Assembly (NCBI GenBank): GCA_963730935.1
Contig: CAVSTP010000004.1
Coordinates: forward strand, 704,001 to 768,000
Length of the DNA: 64,000 bases
Origin: an uncultured Nitrospiraceae bacterium
GTDB taxonomy: Bacteria; Nitrospirota; Nitrospiria; Nitrospirales; Nitrospiraceae
Direction: 5' to 3'
Shown: positions 49,242 through 60,608 of the stretch, piece by piece
Position numbering within the stretch: the stretch's first letter is position 1
Layout: every line of letters starts with the position of its first letter
Notes under the pieces: model-generated
Told to the model about the DNA's origin: nothing
The model's database searches: none
The model's input: only the letters and a program-made list of their open reading frames with translations
Program-made: the position numbers and the translations under genes

Positions 49242-51053
49242 TCAGGCAGGCACAGTCTGAGAGGAACTCTGCATCAAGATCTGATCGATCTCCGGGGCAT
49301 CGAGCACTTCTTTCTCCAGGAGAGCTTCCGCCAGAGCCTTGAGGCTTCTCATGTGTTCGGTGAGGAGCCGCTTCGCCCGTTCGTAGTTCTCAGTGACCAG
49401 ACGCTTGACCTCGAGATCGATCTCGAGGGCGACTTGGTCGCTGAAATCGCGTTTAGTGGTCAGCTCTCGGCCAAGGAATATCTCTTCTTCCTTACGGCCG
49501 AACGTCAAGGGGCCAAGCTTTTCACTCATGCCCCATTCACAGACCATTTTTCTGGCGAGATCCGTCGCGCGCTCGATGTCGTTCCCCGCACCGGTCGTGA
49601 TGTGTTTCAACACGAGTTCCTCCGCCACACGCCCGCCCATAAGAATCGCAAGGTTATTGTAGAGAAATTCCTTCGAATAGTTGTGCCGATCATCGGTCGG
49701 CAGCTGCATGGTCACACCCAACGCCCGTCCACGGGGAATAATCGTCACCTTGTGCACCGGATCCGTGCCGGGCAATAGCTTGGCCATGAGGGCATGACCG
49801 GCTTCATGGTATGCGGTCGTGCGCTTTTCTTCATCGCTCAAGATCATGCTCTTGCGTTCGGCGCCCATCAGGACCTTGTCCTTGGCCATCTCGAAGTCGA
49901 TGACCTCCACTTCCTTCTTGTTCTGACGGGCTGCCCACAGTGCTGCTTCGTTCACAAGATTTTCGAGGTCCGCGCCCGAGAAGCCTGGCGTACCCCGGGC
50001 GATCTTTTCCAACTCGACGTCCACAGCAATGGGCACCTTCTTGGTGTGCACTTTGAGAATTTCGGAGCGGCCCCGCAGATCCGGGCGATTGACAACAACC
50101 TGGCGATCAAAACGACCCGGCCTCAGCAACGCAGGATCGAGCACGTCCGGCCGGTTGGTCGCCGCGATCAGAATGACGCCTTCCGTCGTATCGAATCCAT
50201 CCATTTCTACGAGCAGTTGGTTCAGCGTCTGTTCGCGCTCATCGTGCCCGCCGCCCAAGCCGGCTCCCCGCAAGCGTCCGACCGCATCGATTTCGTCGAT
50301 GAAGATAATGCAGGGCGCATGCTTTTTCCCCTGCTCAAAAAGATCGCGCACACGGGACGCCCCAACGCCGACGAACATTTCGACGAAATCTGACCCGCTG
50401 ATGCTGAAGAACGGCACACCGGCCTCCCCGGCGATCGCTTTGGCCAACAGGGTTTTTCCGGTCCCGGGAGGTCCCACGATCAGCACCCCTTTTGGAATGC
50501 GTCCGCCGAGCTTCTGAAACTTGCGTGGGTCCTTCAAAAATTCGATGATTTCGAGCACCTCTTCCTTCGCTTCATCGATGCCAGCCACGTCGGAAAAGGT
50601 CACTTTTTTCCGTTCTTCGGTCAGCATCCGCGCCCGGCTCTTGCCGAATGACAAGGCCTTGTTGCCGCCAATCTGCATCTGGCGCATCAAGAAGAACCAC
50701 AAGCCCAGGAAAAGGACGAACGGTCCCCACGTGACGAGGAAGGTAATGTACCAGGGGCTTTCATCGGGCGGCTTGGCTTCAATCTGCACGCCCTTTTCAC
50801 GCAGGACTTTCACGAAATCGGGATACTCCGCGGTAAACGTCCGGATGCGGGTTTTGTCCTTCAGGACGGCACTCACGTGATTGGACTTAATGATGACTTT
50901 TTCGATGTCCCCTTTGTCGAGTTTCGCCATGAAATCGCTGAAAATGACTTCCTCTTCGGGCGCATGGGTCGGCACGCTGAACAGGTTGAACAGCAAGATC
51001 ATGAACAGGCCGACAACGACCCAGAAGAGCAGATTTTTTGCCCTGGAATTCAT
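49242..51053 (-). CDS. ftsH: ATP-dependent zinc metalloprotease FtsH
   Basis: [28 protein letters not shown]. Confidence 0.99.
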   Translation of the reverse strand: MNSRAKNLLFWVVVGLFMILLFNLFSVPTHAPEEEVIFSDFMAKLDKGDIEKVIIKSNHVSAVLKDKTRIRTFTAEYPDFVKVLREKGVQIEAKPPDESPWYITFLVTWGPFVLFLGLWFFLMRQMQIGGNKALSFGKSRARMLTEERKKVTFSDVAGIDEAKEEVLEIIEFLKDPRKFQKLGGRIPKGVLIVGPPGTGKTLLAKAIAGEAGVPFFSISGSDFVEMFVGVGASRVRDLFEQGKKHAPCIIFIDEIDAVGRLRGAGLGGGHDEREQTLNQLLVEMDGFDTTEGVILIAATNRPDVLDPALLRPGRFDRQVVVNRPDLRGRSEILKVHTKKVPIAVDVELEKIARGTPGFSGADLENLVNEAALWAARQNKKEVEVIDFEMAKDKVLMGAERKSMILSDEEKRTTAYHEAGHALMAKLLPGTDPVHKVTIIPRGRALGVTMQLPTDDRHNYSKEFLYNNLAILMGGRVAEELVLKHITTGAGNDIERATDLARKMVCEWGMSEKLGPLTFGRKEEEIFLGRELTTKRDFSDQVALEIDLEVKRLVTENYERAKRLLTEHMRSLKALAEALLEKEVLDAPEIDQILMQSSSQTVPA

Positions 51054-51152
51054 CCAGTTCTCCTTGTGGCAGGTGCCCTTAACTCGCGAGAAAATCCGCG
51101 AGTTTGAGTGATGTTACCACAGGCCTCTTCAGACTGACAACCTCGCCCTCTC

Positions 51153-51692
51153 CTATTCCTGCTCGCCTTCCACATCGAGAACGGCCAGGTAGGGAAGGTT
51201 CCGGTATTTCTGTTGATAATCAAGCCCGTATCCGACCACGTATTTATTGGGGATCTTGAAGCCGATGTAGTCGAGCACCACGTCGATCGTTCGCCGCTCT
51301 GGCTTGCTCAGAAGCGTGCAGACCTTGATGGATTTCGGCTTTTGTTTGGTGAGGGTCTTGATCAAGTACTGAACGGTCAACCCGGAATCAACGATATCCT
51401 CGACCAGCAGGACATCCTTTCCCTTGATGTCCTCGGTCAGTTCGGTGATCACTTTCACCTTTCCCGAGGTCTTGGATTGCCCGCCATAACTCGTGACGAT
51501 CAAAAAATCCACCCGCATCGGAATTCGAATAGCTCGCGCCAAATCCGCATAAAATGCGTACGCCCCTTTCAAGACCCCGACGAGGACGAGGTCCTTGCCG
51601 GTGTAATCGTTCGCAATTTGTTTGCCGAGTTCCTTGATGCGTGCACGCATCTCCTCTTGCGTGACGATCGGCCGTCCGAATATCCGCTCCAT
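51153..51692 (-). CDS. hpt: Hypoxanthine phosphoribosyltransferase
   Basis: VLLVEDIVDSGLT, VVGYGLDY, YRNLPY; start at ATG 51692. Confidence 0.97.
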   Translation of the reverse strand: MERIFGRPIVTQEEMRARIKELGKQIANDYTGKDLVLVGVLKGAYAFYADLARAIRIPMRVDFLIVTSYGGQSKTSGKVKVITELTEDIKGKDVLLVEDIVDSGLTVQYLIKTLTKQKPKSIKVCTLLSKPERRTIDVVLDYIGFKIPNKYVVGYGLDYQQKYRNLPYLAVLDVEGEQE

Positions 51693-51694
51693 CC

Positions 51695-53161
51695 CTACTC
51701 GGCTCCTTCGCTTTCCGCCTGTGATTGCACCGTGGCCACGAGACAACGGGACGTGCTCTTGCGCGCCACAAACCGTTCATCTTCCCGTTGTCCGACCACC
51801 CAGAGAATCCCTTCGGGCGAGGCGAGGAGCGGGATCCGCATCCGTTCCTCCCGGCTCAGCTTCGAGTCGGTAAAAAAATCCTGCAGCTTCTTGCTCTTTC
51901 CGCCCATGCCCCGCGGATGAATACGGTCGCCGGCCTGCCATGGCCTCAGCACGAGCGGCGCTGACAGACGAGCCATGTCAAACACTCCGCGCTCGCGCGT
52001 CCGATGCTTGAGCAACGGCTCTGCCGCCTGTCTCGTCATCTCTTGTACATGAATTTCCTGCCCGGTACCAGGCCAATACACGGTCGATGGGACGACCACG
52101 GGCACCGGCCCTGCAACGGGGATGGTCGACCGGCGGTCTGACGCGTGATGCTGTCGCTTTCGCCTGATGACGACCACCCGTTCCCGGTCTCGGACCACGT
52201 CGGCCCCGCGGAGCGACACTCGTCGACCCTTCGACTTGCCCGACAGGAAGCGCAGCACGCCTTCGACCACGCGCAAGCTGGGAGCCTGCTGATCACGATC
52301 CGTGCCTTTGAGAATGTGGCGGACGAGACGGCGCTTGAGCGCATCGGGAAGCGCATCCACGGCTTGGCGCTCGAACCGCTGATCTCCTTTGGCATCCACC
52401 GTGATCAACGACCGATACAGTTCATCCACAACCTGCTCGAGGTAGGCATCATCGGCCCGCAGGACATCGGCCTGCCGCTCCAACAGGCGCACAATGCCTG
52501 GCGTGATGTCTTCCATCACCGGCAACAGATCCCGTCGCACCTGGTTACGCCGATACAGTCCGATAAGATTGCTGCTGTCCTGCCGGTATGACAGGCCTTC
52601 CTGCTTGAGGTAGCTCAATATTTCGTCACGCGTCGTCTTGAGAAGCGGGCGCACGATGATCTTTTCCCTGATGAACGGCATGCCCGCCAGTCCTGTCAGT
52701 CCCGCTCCCCGGAGCATCCACATCAACATGGTCTCGGCCTGATCATTGGCGGTGTGACCGGTGACGATTCGATCCGCGTGAAGCTCATGAGCCAGCGATT
52801 TCATGGCCTCATACCTCGCCCAACGCGCAAGCTGCTGGAGCGAGGAGGCTCGAGGCTGTTTCGACAGAACAGGCCGTCTGACGACCAGCGGAATGTTCCT
52901 GGCTTGGCAGAACGACGAGACGAATGCTTCATCACCGTCGGACTCGCTGCCGCGTAGTCCATAGTTAAAATGGACGACGGTCAGCTTGAGCCGCCAGGAC
53001 GGCGCCAAGGCCGCCAGAAGCGACAGCAGCGCAATCGAATCTGGACCGCCAGAAACCGCCAGCAGCAAGTGCTGACCGGCACCGAACAAGCGGCGTTCCT
53101 GGATGGTCCTGACGACCCGGTCCAACAAGGTGGGCCGCCTTCTCGTGGTATGGGTCGTCAT
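51695..53161 (-). CDS. tilS: tRNA(Ile)-lysidine synthetase
   Basis: AVSGGPDS, GHTANDQAET, RPLL, DSSN, RNQVR. Confidence 0.96.
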   Translation of the reverse strand: MTTHTTRRRPTLLDRVVRTIQERRLFGAGQHLLLAVSGGPDSIALLSLLAALAPSWRLKLTVVHFNYGLRGSESDGDEAFVSSFCQARNIPLVVRRPVLSKQPRASSLQQLARWARYEAMKSLAHELHADRIVTGHTANDQAETMLMWMLRGAGLTGLAGMPFIREKIIVRPLLKTTRDEILSYLKQEGLSYRQDSSNLIGLYRRNQVRRDLLPVMEDITPGIVRLLERQADVLRADDAYLEQVVDELYRSLITVDAKGDQRFERQAVDALPDALKRRLVRHILKGTDRDQQAPSLRVVEGVLRFLSGKSKGRRVSLRGADVVRDRERVVVIRRKRQHHASDRRSTIPVAGPVPVVVPSTVYWPGTGQEIHVQEMTRQAAEPLLKHRTRERGVFDMARLSAPLVLRPWQAGDRIHPRGMGGKSKKLQDFFTDSKLSREERMRIPLLASPEGILWVVGQREDERFVARKSTSRCLVATVQSQAESEGAE

Positions 53162-54111
53162 GGATGACGCACCCCTTCCGCGTGGCGGCGCAGGCTGGCT
53201 TTCGCGCGGTCGACGTCGCGTGCGATCTGGGCGGCAAGTTCCTGCGCCGATGGAAACGTGTGGTCGCCCCTGAGGCGCTCGATGAATTCAACCGCGATCG
53301 ACTTGCCATAGAGGTGATCCCGGTGGTCGAGCAGATTGACCTCGATCAATCGCTCCCCGGCTCCGAACGTCGGCCGGCTGCCGATGTATGCGACCGCATC
53401 GTACTGCTTCCCGTCATACGAAGCCCGTGCGGCATAGACGCCATCCGGCGGAGTCACCCGTTCAGGCGGAATCCGGAGATTGGCGGTCGGCCAGCCGAGC
53501 GCTTGTCCCTGCTGCATGCCCGACACCACCGTGCCCCTCAGACCGTACGCCCGTCCCAGCAAGGCGGCCGCCTCTTCCATATTACCCGCCTGAATCAACG
53601 TTCGGATTCTCGTGGAACTGACCACTCCGCCGTTGAGTACCACAGGGCGCACCGGATGCACCGCGAATCCCAACGATGCCCCAAGCCGTTCCAGGTCGGC
53701 GATCCGTCCGACGCGTCCTTTTCCGAACGCAAAATGTTCTCCAACAAACAGCTCGGCCACCCCCAGACGGCGGTGCAGAACGACGTCCGCAAACTCGTCG
53801 GGCGTCATGACCGCCAATGCCGGCGTAAATTCGAGAAACACGACTTCATCGACACCGGCAGCCATGAAGCGTTCGAGCTTTTCCTCCGGGTTCGTGAGAA
53901 ACCGCAGTTCCACATGAGGCGCCAGTACCCTGATAGGGTGCGGATCGAACGTGACCACCATGGCCGTGCCCCCTACTTCGCGAGCCCGTGCCACCACTGT
54001 TTGTAAGAGGGAAAGATGGCCGCGGTGATGACCGTCGAAGTTTCCGATGGTCACCACCGGGTGCGGTCTTGACCGGACGTCTCCGAAGCCGCGCGTCACC
54101 GTGAAGGTCAT
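53158..54111 (-). CDS. ribF: Bifunctional riboflavin kinase/FAD synthetase
   Basis: IGNFDGHHRGH, VSSTRIR, GWPTANL, GVYA. Confidence 0.96.
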   Translation of the reverse strand: MTFTVTRGFGDVRSRPHPVVTIGNFDGHHRGHLSLLQTVVARAREVGGTAMVVTFDPHPIRVLAPHVELRFLTNPEEKLERFMAAGVDEVVFLEFTPALAVMTPDEFADVVLHRRLGVAELFVGEHFAFGKGRVGRIADLERLGASLGFAVHPVRPVVLNGGVVSSTRIRTLIQAGNMEEAAALLGRAYGLRGTVVSGMQQGQALGWPTANLRIPPERVTPPDGVYAARASYDGKQYDAVAYIGSRPTFGAGERLIEVNLLDHRDHLYGKSIAVEFIERLRGDHTFPSAQELAAQIARDVDRAKASLRRHAEGVRHP

Positions 54112-54113
54112 CG

Positions 54114-55085
54114 TCAGGTGAAAGAGCGCGCCGCGTCCTTGGCGAAGTAGGTCAAAATGAGGTCTGCGCCGGCCCGCTTGATGGCCAGAAGCGATTCCAG
54201 CATGGCCCGCGATTCGTCCAGCCAGCCGGCCTTGCCGGCCGCCTTGATCATGCTGTATTCGCCGCTCACCTGGTAGGCGGCGACAGGCAGGCTCGTCTGC
54301 GCTCGGGCGGCGGCGATGATATCGAGATAGGGCAGCGCGGGTTTCACCATCACGATATCGGCGCCTTCCTCCACATCAAGCGCAATTTCCCGGAGGGCTT
54401 CACGACGGTTCGCCGGGTCCATTTGGTAGGATTGGCGATCACCGAACTGGGGAGCGGACCCCGCTGCGTCTCGGAACGGCGCATAAAAACAGGAAGCGAA
54501 TTTGGCGGCGTACGCCATGATCGGCAGTTCCGGATACCCCGCCAGGTCCAACTCGGACCTGATGGCTGCAACCCGTCCGTCCATCATATCCGACGGCGCG
54601 ACCATGTCGGCCCCCGATTCGGCATGCGTCTTGGCCATCGCACGCAAACACTCCAGCGTTTCATCATTCAGGATCTGGCCGTCCTTGACGATGCCGCAAT
54701 GGCCGTGAGTGGTGTATTCATCAATGCAGACATCCGTGATGACCAGCACGCCGGGGACATGGTCTTTCACGGTTTTGATCGCACGCTGGACAACCCCATT
54801 CGGATCGTAGCCCGATGTGCCGCGCTCGTCCTTGCGATCGGGAATGCCGAACAGCATGATCGCAGGAATGCCCAGCCCGGCCACCTCACCGGCTTCCTTG
54901 ACCAGCAGATCGATCGACAGTCTGAATTGCCCCGGCATCGAGGCGATCTCCCGCCGTTGATCTTTTCCTTCCATGACGAACATGGGATAAATCAAATCGG
55001 ACGGCGACAGGCGCGTCTCACGCACCATGCGGCGGAACGATTCGTGCTGCCGCAGCCGTCTGAGCCGTTGGATGGGAAAGGCCAT
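54114..55085 (-). CDS. hemB: Porphobilinogen synthase
   Basis: [34 protein letters not shown]. Confidence 0.98.
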   Translation of the reverse strand: MAFPIQRLRRLRQHESFRRMVRETRLSPSDLIYPMFVMEGKDQRREIASMPGQFRLSIDLLVKEAGEVAGLGIPAIMLFGIPDRKDERGTSGYDPNGVVQRAIKTVKDHVPGVLVITDVCIDEYTTHGHCGIVKDGQILNDETLECLRAMAKTHAESGADMVAPSDMMDGRVAAIRSELDLAGYPELPIMAYAAKFASCFYAPFRDAAGSAPQFGDRQSYQMDPANRREALREIALDVEEGADIVMVKPALPYLDIIAAARAQTSLPVAAYQVSGEYSMIKAAGKAGWLDESRAMLESLLAIKRAGADLILTYFAKDAARSFT

Positions 55086-55088
55086 GGC

Positions 55089-55481
55089 TTATTTCCTCGG
55101 CAGATTCGTCAAAAACACGACGAGATCGCGCACAGAAATCATCCCGACAAGCTTTCCGTCCCGTGATACGCCCAGATGGCGTACATGGGCCTGCGCCATC
55201 AAATCGTTCGCATCCAACAGCGTCTTGTTCTCCTCGATCATCAGGATCGGCGCAGACATGATCTGCTCGACCGTGGTCTTGTTGGGGTCGCTGCCGGACG
55301 CGACGATCCGCCGCAACATATCCGTGTCGGTGAGAATACCGATGATATCTTTTTGATTGGTGACGAACAAACTGCCGATACCGCGGTCGCGCATGATGCG
55401 CGCGGCAGCCTGCGCGTTCGTATCGCGTTCCACCGTGACGAATTTCTCCCTCGTGACCATGAACGATTTCACTGGAACCAT
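55089..55481 (-). CDS. CBS-domain-pair protein
   Basis: IGILTDTDM and LVGMISVRDL; AGGAGG RBS before ATG 55481. Confidence 0.88.
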   Translation of the reverse strand: MVPVKSFMVTREKFVTVERDTNAQAAARIMRDRGIGSLFVTNQKDIIGILTDTDMLRRIVASGSDPNKTTVEQIMSAPILMIEENKTLLDANDLMAQAHVRHLGVSRDGKLVGMISVRDLVVFLTNLPRK

Positions 55482-55518
55482 GAAGACCTCCTGTACCTGG
55501 TAAGAGCGGCCGATGCGG

Positions 55519-57081
55519 TTATCGAGACGCAGGAACCGCCACGCGAGCCCCTTCGCTGTAGAATCGCACAATGGCCTGTGCCAAGGCCGGCACCGTATTT
55601 TCCCCCGGCATGATCGTCACCGGCAATCGAAATTCTTCTGCCGTCCGGGCGGTGATTGGCCCGATGCAGGCAATGGTTGTTTTCGTTCCCAGCCGGCGGG
55701 CTTCCTCAGCCCCGCCGATCAACTCGACGAAGTTGGACACCGTTGAGGAACTCGTAAACGTGATCACGTTAATCGCCCCTGCCAGAATCTGCTCCTTCAG
55801 CCGGCTCAAGCCGGATTCGGGAAGCACCGTCCGGTACACGGGGATCACATCCACTGTGGCCCCCTTGACCCGTAATTGCTCCGGCAGCATCTCGCGGGCC
55901 ATCTCGGCGCGCGGAATCAGAATCCTGGTCCCCCGCAGCTCGTGCTGGCTCAGCGCACTCACCATGCCTTCAGCCTGATATTCAGACGGAATGAGATCGG
56001 CGGTCAATCCGTATCGCGTCAGTTCGTCCGCAGTTCTCGGCCCGATGGCTCCAATCTGCAGATGCGCGAGCGCACGCACGTCTCTCCGAGCCTTGTTCAG
56101 CCGCTCCATAAAAGGAGCGATTCCATTGACGCTGGTAAACACCAGCCACGAATAGCTGCTGAGCTTCGCGATGGCCTGGTCAAGGGCGTCCCAACTGGGA
56201 GGTGGAACCATCTTGATGGTCGGCGCCACAATCGGTTCGCCGCCGTAGGCCGTCAACAGTCGGGCAAATTCTCCCGCCTGTTCCCGGGCGCGGGTGAGCA
56301 CGATACGCTTACCGAACAGCGGCCGCTTCTCGAACCAGTTCAACTGGTCCCGCAGCCTCACGACCTCTCCGACCACGATGACGGTCGGTGGTTCCAGTCC
56401 GGCTTCCGCCGTCTTGGTGACGATGTCTCGCAAGGTGCCGATGATCGTGCGTTGCTCTGCCTTCGTTCCCCACCGTATGGCTGCGACAGGCGTCTCGGCC
56501 GGTCTTCCGTCTTCGAGCAAACGCGCGACGATCATGGGTAGGGTTTTCATGCCCATCATGAAGACCAGCGTCCCGGACGTTGCTGCCAGCTTCGGCCAAT
56601 CAATGACGGTCGTGCCTTTGGAGGGATCTTCATGGCCGGTCACCACGGTCATTGTGGAGGCCAGGGTACGATGCGTGACAGGGATGCCTGCGTAGGCTGG
56701 AACGGCGACGGCGGCTGTCACGCCCGGCACGACTTCGAACGGCACTCCGGCTGCCGCAACGGCTTCGGCTTCTTCCCCGCCTCGCCCGAAGACGAAGGGA
56801 TCGCCGCCCTTCAACCGCACCACGACTTGCCCCGCCTGTGCGCGCTCGATCATCAATTGATTGATTTCCGTCTGGTCTTGGTACTGGCCGCGACCACGTC
56901 GTCCCACATAGACCCGCTGCGCATGGGCGGGCGCATGGTCCAGCAGCGCCGGATTCGCGAGGTAATCGTACAGGACGACGTCGGCCTGCTCAAGGCATTC
57001 CTTGCCCTTGACCGTCAACAGCCCTGGGTCTCCGGGACCTGCACCCACCAGATACACGATGCCGCGACGTGTACTAGTCAT
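55519..57081 (-). CDS. cobA: Uroporphyrinogen-III C-methyltransferase / uroporphyrinogen-III synthase fusion
   Basis: [12 protein letters not shown] and [16 protein letters not shown], followed by HemD motifs FTSVNG and FTSSSTV. Confidence 0.95.
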   Translation of the reverse strand: MTSTRRGIVYLVGAGPGDPGLLTVKGKECLEQADVVLYDYLANPALLDHAPAHAQRVYVGRRGRGQYQDQTEINQLMIERAQAGQVVVRLKGGDPFVFGRGGEEAEAVAAAGVPFEVVPGVTAAVAVPAYAGIPVTHRTLASTMTVVTGHEDPSKGTTVIDWPKLAATSGTLVFMMGMKTLPMIVARLLEDGRPAETPVAAIRWGTKAEQRTIIGTLRDIVTKTAEAGLEPPTVIVVGEVVRLRDQLNWFEKRPLFGKRIVLTRAREQAGEFARLLTAYGGEPIVAPTIKMVPPPSWDALDQAIAKLSSYSWLVFTSVNGIAPFMERLNKARRDVRALAHLQIGAIGPRTADELTRYGLTADLIPSEYQAEGMVSALSQHELRGTRILIPRAEMAREMLPEQLRVKGATVDVIPVYRTVLPESGLSRLKEQILAGAINVITFTSSSTVSNFVELIGGAEEARRLGTKTTIACIGPITARTAEEFRLPVTIMPGENTVPALAQAIVRFYSEGARVAVPASR

Positions 57082-58028
57082 GGAGCCGTTCCATAAACTG
57101 TCTGGAGTATCCGCTCGCCTCCCCGCGCAAGTAACCGCTCGGCAAGCTGGATGCCCATTGAGCGCGGATCATCAGCGGTGCCGGTGACACGATCGCGAAT
57201 AACTTCCTTGCCGTCGACGCTGGCCACCAACCCCTCGAGCACGACCTCGGAGCCGGTGATGGTGGCATGGGCTGCAATCGGGACCTGGCAGCCTCCCTGC
57301 AACCGGTGCAGTAAGGCGCGCTCGGCCATCACCGTGGTGCGCGTAGGCCCGTGTTCGAGCCTGCTCAGCACCTCGCGCACGAAGGCATCATCGCGTCTGC
57401 CCTCGATCCCCAATGCGCCCTGACCAATCGCCGGCAGACTGATCTCCGGTGCAAGGTACTCGGTAATTTCCCGTTCCCATCCCAAGCGGCGCAACCCCGC
57501 GGCAGCCAACACGATCGCATCGAACTGTCCCTCGCGCAATTTCCTCAATCGGGTATCCAGGTTGCCCCGCAGCATGCTAATCGAAAGATCCGGCCTGGCC
57601 TGGAGCAACTGGGCCTGACGCCTGAGACTGCTCGTCCCGACCCTCGCCCTCGGCGCCAAGTCCTTGAACCGTTTGCCATCGCGACTAATCAGGGCGTCGC
57701 GCGCGTCCTCGCGGAACGGGATACAGAGCAGATCCAATCCAGCGGGTAATTCGGTCGGTACATCCTTCATGCTATGAACGGCGAGATCGATGTCGCCTGA
57801 GAGCAAGGCTTCCTCGATTTCCTTGACGAACAATCCCTTGCCCCCGATCTTGGCCAGGGGCACGTCGAGGATTTTGTCGCCCGAGGTTTGGATCTGACGC
57901 AACGTGACGGTCACCTGGGGGACCAGTTCCTGGATCCGGGCTTGTACCCACTCGCTCTGATGAACCGCCAGCTTGCTGCCGCGCGTTCCCAGGACCAAGG
58001 TCGATCGCTTTTGCATCACTCCGGTCAT
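57078..58028 (-). CDS. hemC: Hydroxymethylbilane synthase
   Basis: GTRGSKLA, GGKGLFVKE, AVHSMKD, GTSSLRR, RGNLDTRL, GGCQVP. Confidence 0.98.
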   Translation of the reverse strand: MTGVMQKRSTLVLGTRGSKLAVHQSEWVQARIQELVPQVTVTLRQIQTSGDKILDVPLAKIGGKGLFVKEIEEALLSGDIDLAVHSMKDVPTELPAGLDLLCIPFREDARDALISRDGKRFKDLAPRARVGTSSLRRQAQLLQARPDLSISMLRGNLDTRLRKLREGQFDAIVLAAAGLRRLGWEREITEYLAPEISLPAIGQGALGIEGRRDDAFVREVLSRLEHGPTRTTVMAERALLHRLQGGCQVPIAAHATITGSEVVLEGLVASVDGKEVIRDRVTGTADDPRSMGIQLAERLLARGGERILQTVYGTAP

Positions 58029-58029
58029 G

Positions 58030-58371
58030 TCAGCGGTTCGCATCCGGCTCAGGAGGATAGACCAGCGGAGCATGACGGGCTCCGGGAAGTTTCTCGTCCG
58101 CCGACACGGAAGGCGCGAGACTCGTCGCGGCCGACGGCGGGCTGCTCGAAGCCGGTTCCATAATCAATGTGCGATAGGAGGACGACACGAGCAGGTAACT
58201 GATCAGGCCCAATACCGAGAGCAAATAGACCAGCACGTCCCATCGAAATCCACCCTTCACTCGGTAGTCGTAGCCGCAAGAGGGACAATCAGGCAGCGGA
58301 TCATGCCCCAAATACGCTTTACGGCATCTGGGACACGTGAACAGCTTCGGGCCTTTTCCTACCAACCCCAT
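58030..58371 (-). CDS. Zn-ribbon membrane protein of unknown function
   Basis: CPRC...CPSC followed by a TM segment; GGAG RBS; lies between hemA and hemC. Confidence 0.7.
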   Translation of the reverse strand: MGLVGKGPKLFTCPRCRKAYLGHDPLPDCPSCGYDYRVKGGFRWDVLVYLLSVLGLISYLLVSSSYRTLIMEPASSSPPSAATSLAPSVSADEKLPGARHAPLVYPPEPDANR

Positions 58372-58386
58372 GCGTTCTCCGCCGGA

Positions 58387-59721
58387 TTACCCGGGCTTGT
58401 TTGCGCTCGTTCGGGTCGTCGGCGCTTCAATCTCCAGGTCTTCGGGACTCGACACCTCAGCGAGATTGAAAAAGCGCCTGGCCGCTTCCACAAACGCCGC
58501 CCCGTCCGCCGAGGCCACCTCCGACTTGAGCGTGATCATCGTATTATGGATCAGCTTGTTCACAATGGATGACGCCATGGCCTCGACCAACGCGCGCTCT
58601 TGGGGTGCCAGGTGCGTGAGACGTCCGAGCACCTTTTCCACTTCAGCCCGCTTGATATCCTCGACCCGGCTTTTCAGCGCCACGATGGTCGGCGTGACCT
58701 CCAACGACTTTAGCCATTGCCGGACAGCGCCGACTTCCTCGATGACCATATGCTCGGCCTGCTCGGCCTCTTGCAGGCGCCCTCCGCGATTTTGCTCGAC
58801 TCGAAACTTGAGGTCGTCAATATCGAAGAGGAAGGCATTGTCGACGTGGCGGACCGCGGGATCAATGTTGCGCGGCACCGAGATGTCGATCAGAAACATG
58901 GGCCGATTCATGCGCTGCTTGACCGCTCGCTGCACGTCGTCGTTGCCCACGAGATAATGCGCAGCCCCGGTCGACACCAGCACGATATCGGCCGCCGCCA
59001 TTTCTTCACGAAACTGCTCAAAGGGAACGGCCGTCCCGCTGAACCGATCGGCCAGCGCAACCGCATGCTGAGGTGTCCTCGTGGTGACGCGCACGTGCCG
59101 CACACCGCTCGCGATGAAATGACGCGCTGCCAGCTTGGCCATTTCGCCAGCCCCCACCAGCAACACGGTCTTGTCCCGGAGATCGGAAAAGATTTTCTTC
59201 GCCAACTCGACTGCGGCATAGCTGACGGAGACGGCGGTTTCGGCGATCTTTGTATCGGTTCTTACCCGCTTGGCGACCGTGATCGCCTTCTTGACGACTT
59301 TATTGAGGATCAGGCCGGTCGTCTTGTGCGTCAGCGCCATCTCAAAGGCATCTTTGACCTGTCCGAGGATTTGGGATTCGCCGACCACCATCGAATCGAG
59401 GCTGCAGGCCACGCGGAACAGATGTGCGACGGCTCGGTCACCGGTTTGCCAATACAAATGAGGGGTCAACTGCTCCGATGCCACGGACAAATGGGCGTCA
59501 GCAAGAAATTCCTGAATGCGGCTGTACCCAGCCTCGAGTTCCTCCACGACCGCATAGACTTCGACCCGGTTGCAGGTCGACAACAGCATGCCTTCTTTAA
59601 TCCCTGAGTATCCGCAGAGCCTGGTGAGGGCCTCTCCGAGACGGCTCTCGGGAACAGCCAACCTTTCCCGGATCTCGACAGGTGCGGTTTTATGGCTGAG
59701 TCCGACGACGACGATGTGCAT
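58387..59721 (-). CDS. hemA: Glutamyl-tRNA reductase
   Basis: GLSHKTAPV, STCNRVE, SLDSMVVGESQILGQ, GAGEM, DISVPRNI. Confidence 0.98.
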   Translation of the reverse strand: MHIVVVGLSHKTAPVEIRERLAVPESRLGEALTRLCGYSGIKEGMLLSTCNRVEVYAVVEELEAGYSRIQEFLADAHLSVASEQLTPHLYWQTGDRAVAHLFRVACSLDSMVVGESQILGQVKDAFEMALTHKTTGLILNKVVKKAITVAKRVRTDTKIAETAVSVSYAAVELAKKIFSDLRDKTVLLVGAGEMAKLAARHFIASGVRHVRVTTRTPQHAVALADRFSGTAVPFEQFREEMAAADIVLVSTGAAHYLVGNDDVQRAVKQRMNRPMFLIDISVPRNIDPAVRHVDNAFLFDIDDLKFRVEQNRGGRLQEAEQAEHMVIEEVGAVRQWLKSLEVTPTIVALKSRVEDIKRAEVEKVLGRLTHLAPQERALVEAMASSIVNKLIHNTMITLKSEVASADGAAFVEAARRFFNLAEVSSPEDLEIEAPTTRTSANKPG

Positions 59722-59722
59722 A

Positions 59723-60526
59723 TCAGGACACCGACCCGAAACTCTTGATGGCGACACCTACTAATGTAAGGACCACGCCGGCAAACCCGATAATCGTCAG
59801 ATAGGCCGCACGTTTGGCCCGCCAACCGACAGTCAGCCGCCCGACCAGAACGACGAAGTAGAAAAGCCAGGTCACGAGCGCCCACGTCTGTTCCGGATTC
59901 CAATTCACGTAGGTGCCGCGAGCAAATTCGGCAGAGATCGCCCCGGTGATGATTCCCAGCGTGAGGAGAGGGAAGCCCAAGACGATCGATTGTTGATTCA
60001 AATCGTCGAGAAAATCCAAGGCGGGCAATTTGGAGTAGAGCACGTTGAATCGCTTTGACTTGAGAAGTCCATCTTGAATCAGATACATGACACCCGCGAC
60101 GAAAGCCACGGCAAAGCCGACGGTGCCGAGCATACTCAACGTGACATGGACCCAGAGCGTCCGAAACACCGGCTGAAGGGTCGGCACCGTGTCGGGCAGC
60201 GCCGCGGCCGACACCAAGGAGACCAGCGCCAGCGGGACAATAAATGATCCCAGCACGTGAAGGCGATGACGGAATTCCACGGCGAGAAAGACAAGGATGA
60301 GCATCCAGGAGAAAAAGGATAAGGCTTCATGAATGCTCGGACTCGAAGCTCCCGGCCCTGTCAGCATCCGTGTGACCAGTGCGACCGTATGCGTGGCAAA
60401 GCCGACCGCCGTAATGGTCAGAGCAAAGGTGGACAGGGCATCCGCCCGGCGAACCAACAATGCGAGGAAGGACACCGTGGCGGCAAAATACAGCGCCATA
60501 GTGACCATGAAAAACACGGCGGCCAT
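59723..60526 (-). CDS. Cytochrome c assembly (CcsA/HemX-like) membrane protein
   Basis: Multi-TM; WVHV, GFPLLTLGIITG, WNPEQTWALVTW, GWRAKRAA. Confidence 0.88.
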   Translation of the reverse strand: MAAVFFMVTMALYFAATVSFLALLVRRADALSTFALTITAVGFATHTVALVTRMLTGPGASSPSIHEALSFFSWMLILVFLAVEFRHRLHVLGSFIVPLALVSLVSAAALPDTVPTLQPVFRTLWVHVTLSMLGTVGFAVAFVAGVMYLIQDGLLKSKRFNVLYSKLPALDFLDDLNQQSIVLGFPLLTLGIITGAISAEFARGTYVNWNPEQTWALVTWLFYFVVLVGRLTVGWRAKRAAYLTIIGFAGVVLTLVGVAIKSFGSVS

Positions 60527-60578
60527 GAGGTCTATCCCCTGAACTTTTCAGGACAATTGGCCTGGGTAAGTGCGTAGA

Positions 60579-60608
60579 ATTATATCGATGAGGCGTCAAA
60601 GGAGTCAA
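60579..60608 (-). promoter_or_regulatory. Sigma70 promoter of the heme operon
   Basis: TTGACT-N18-TATAAT. Confidence 0.6.
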
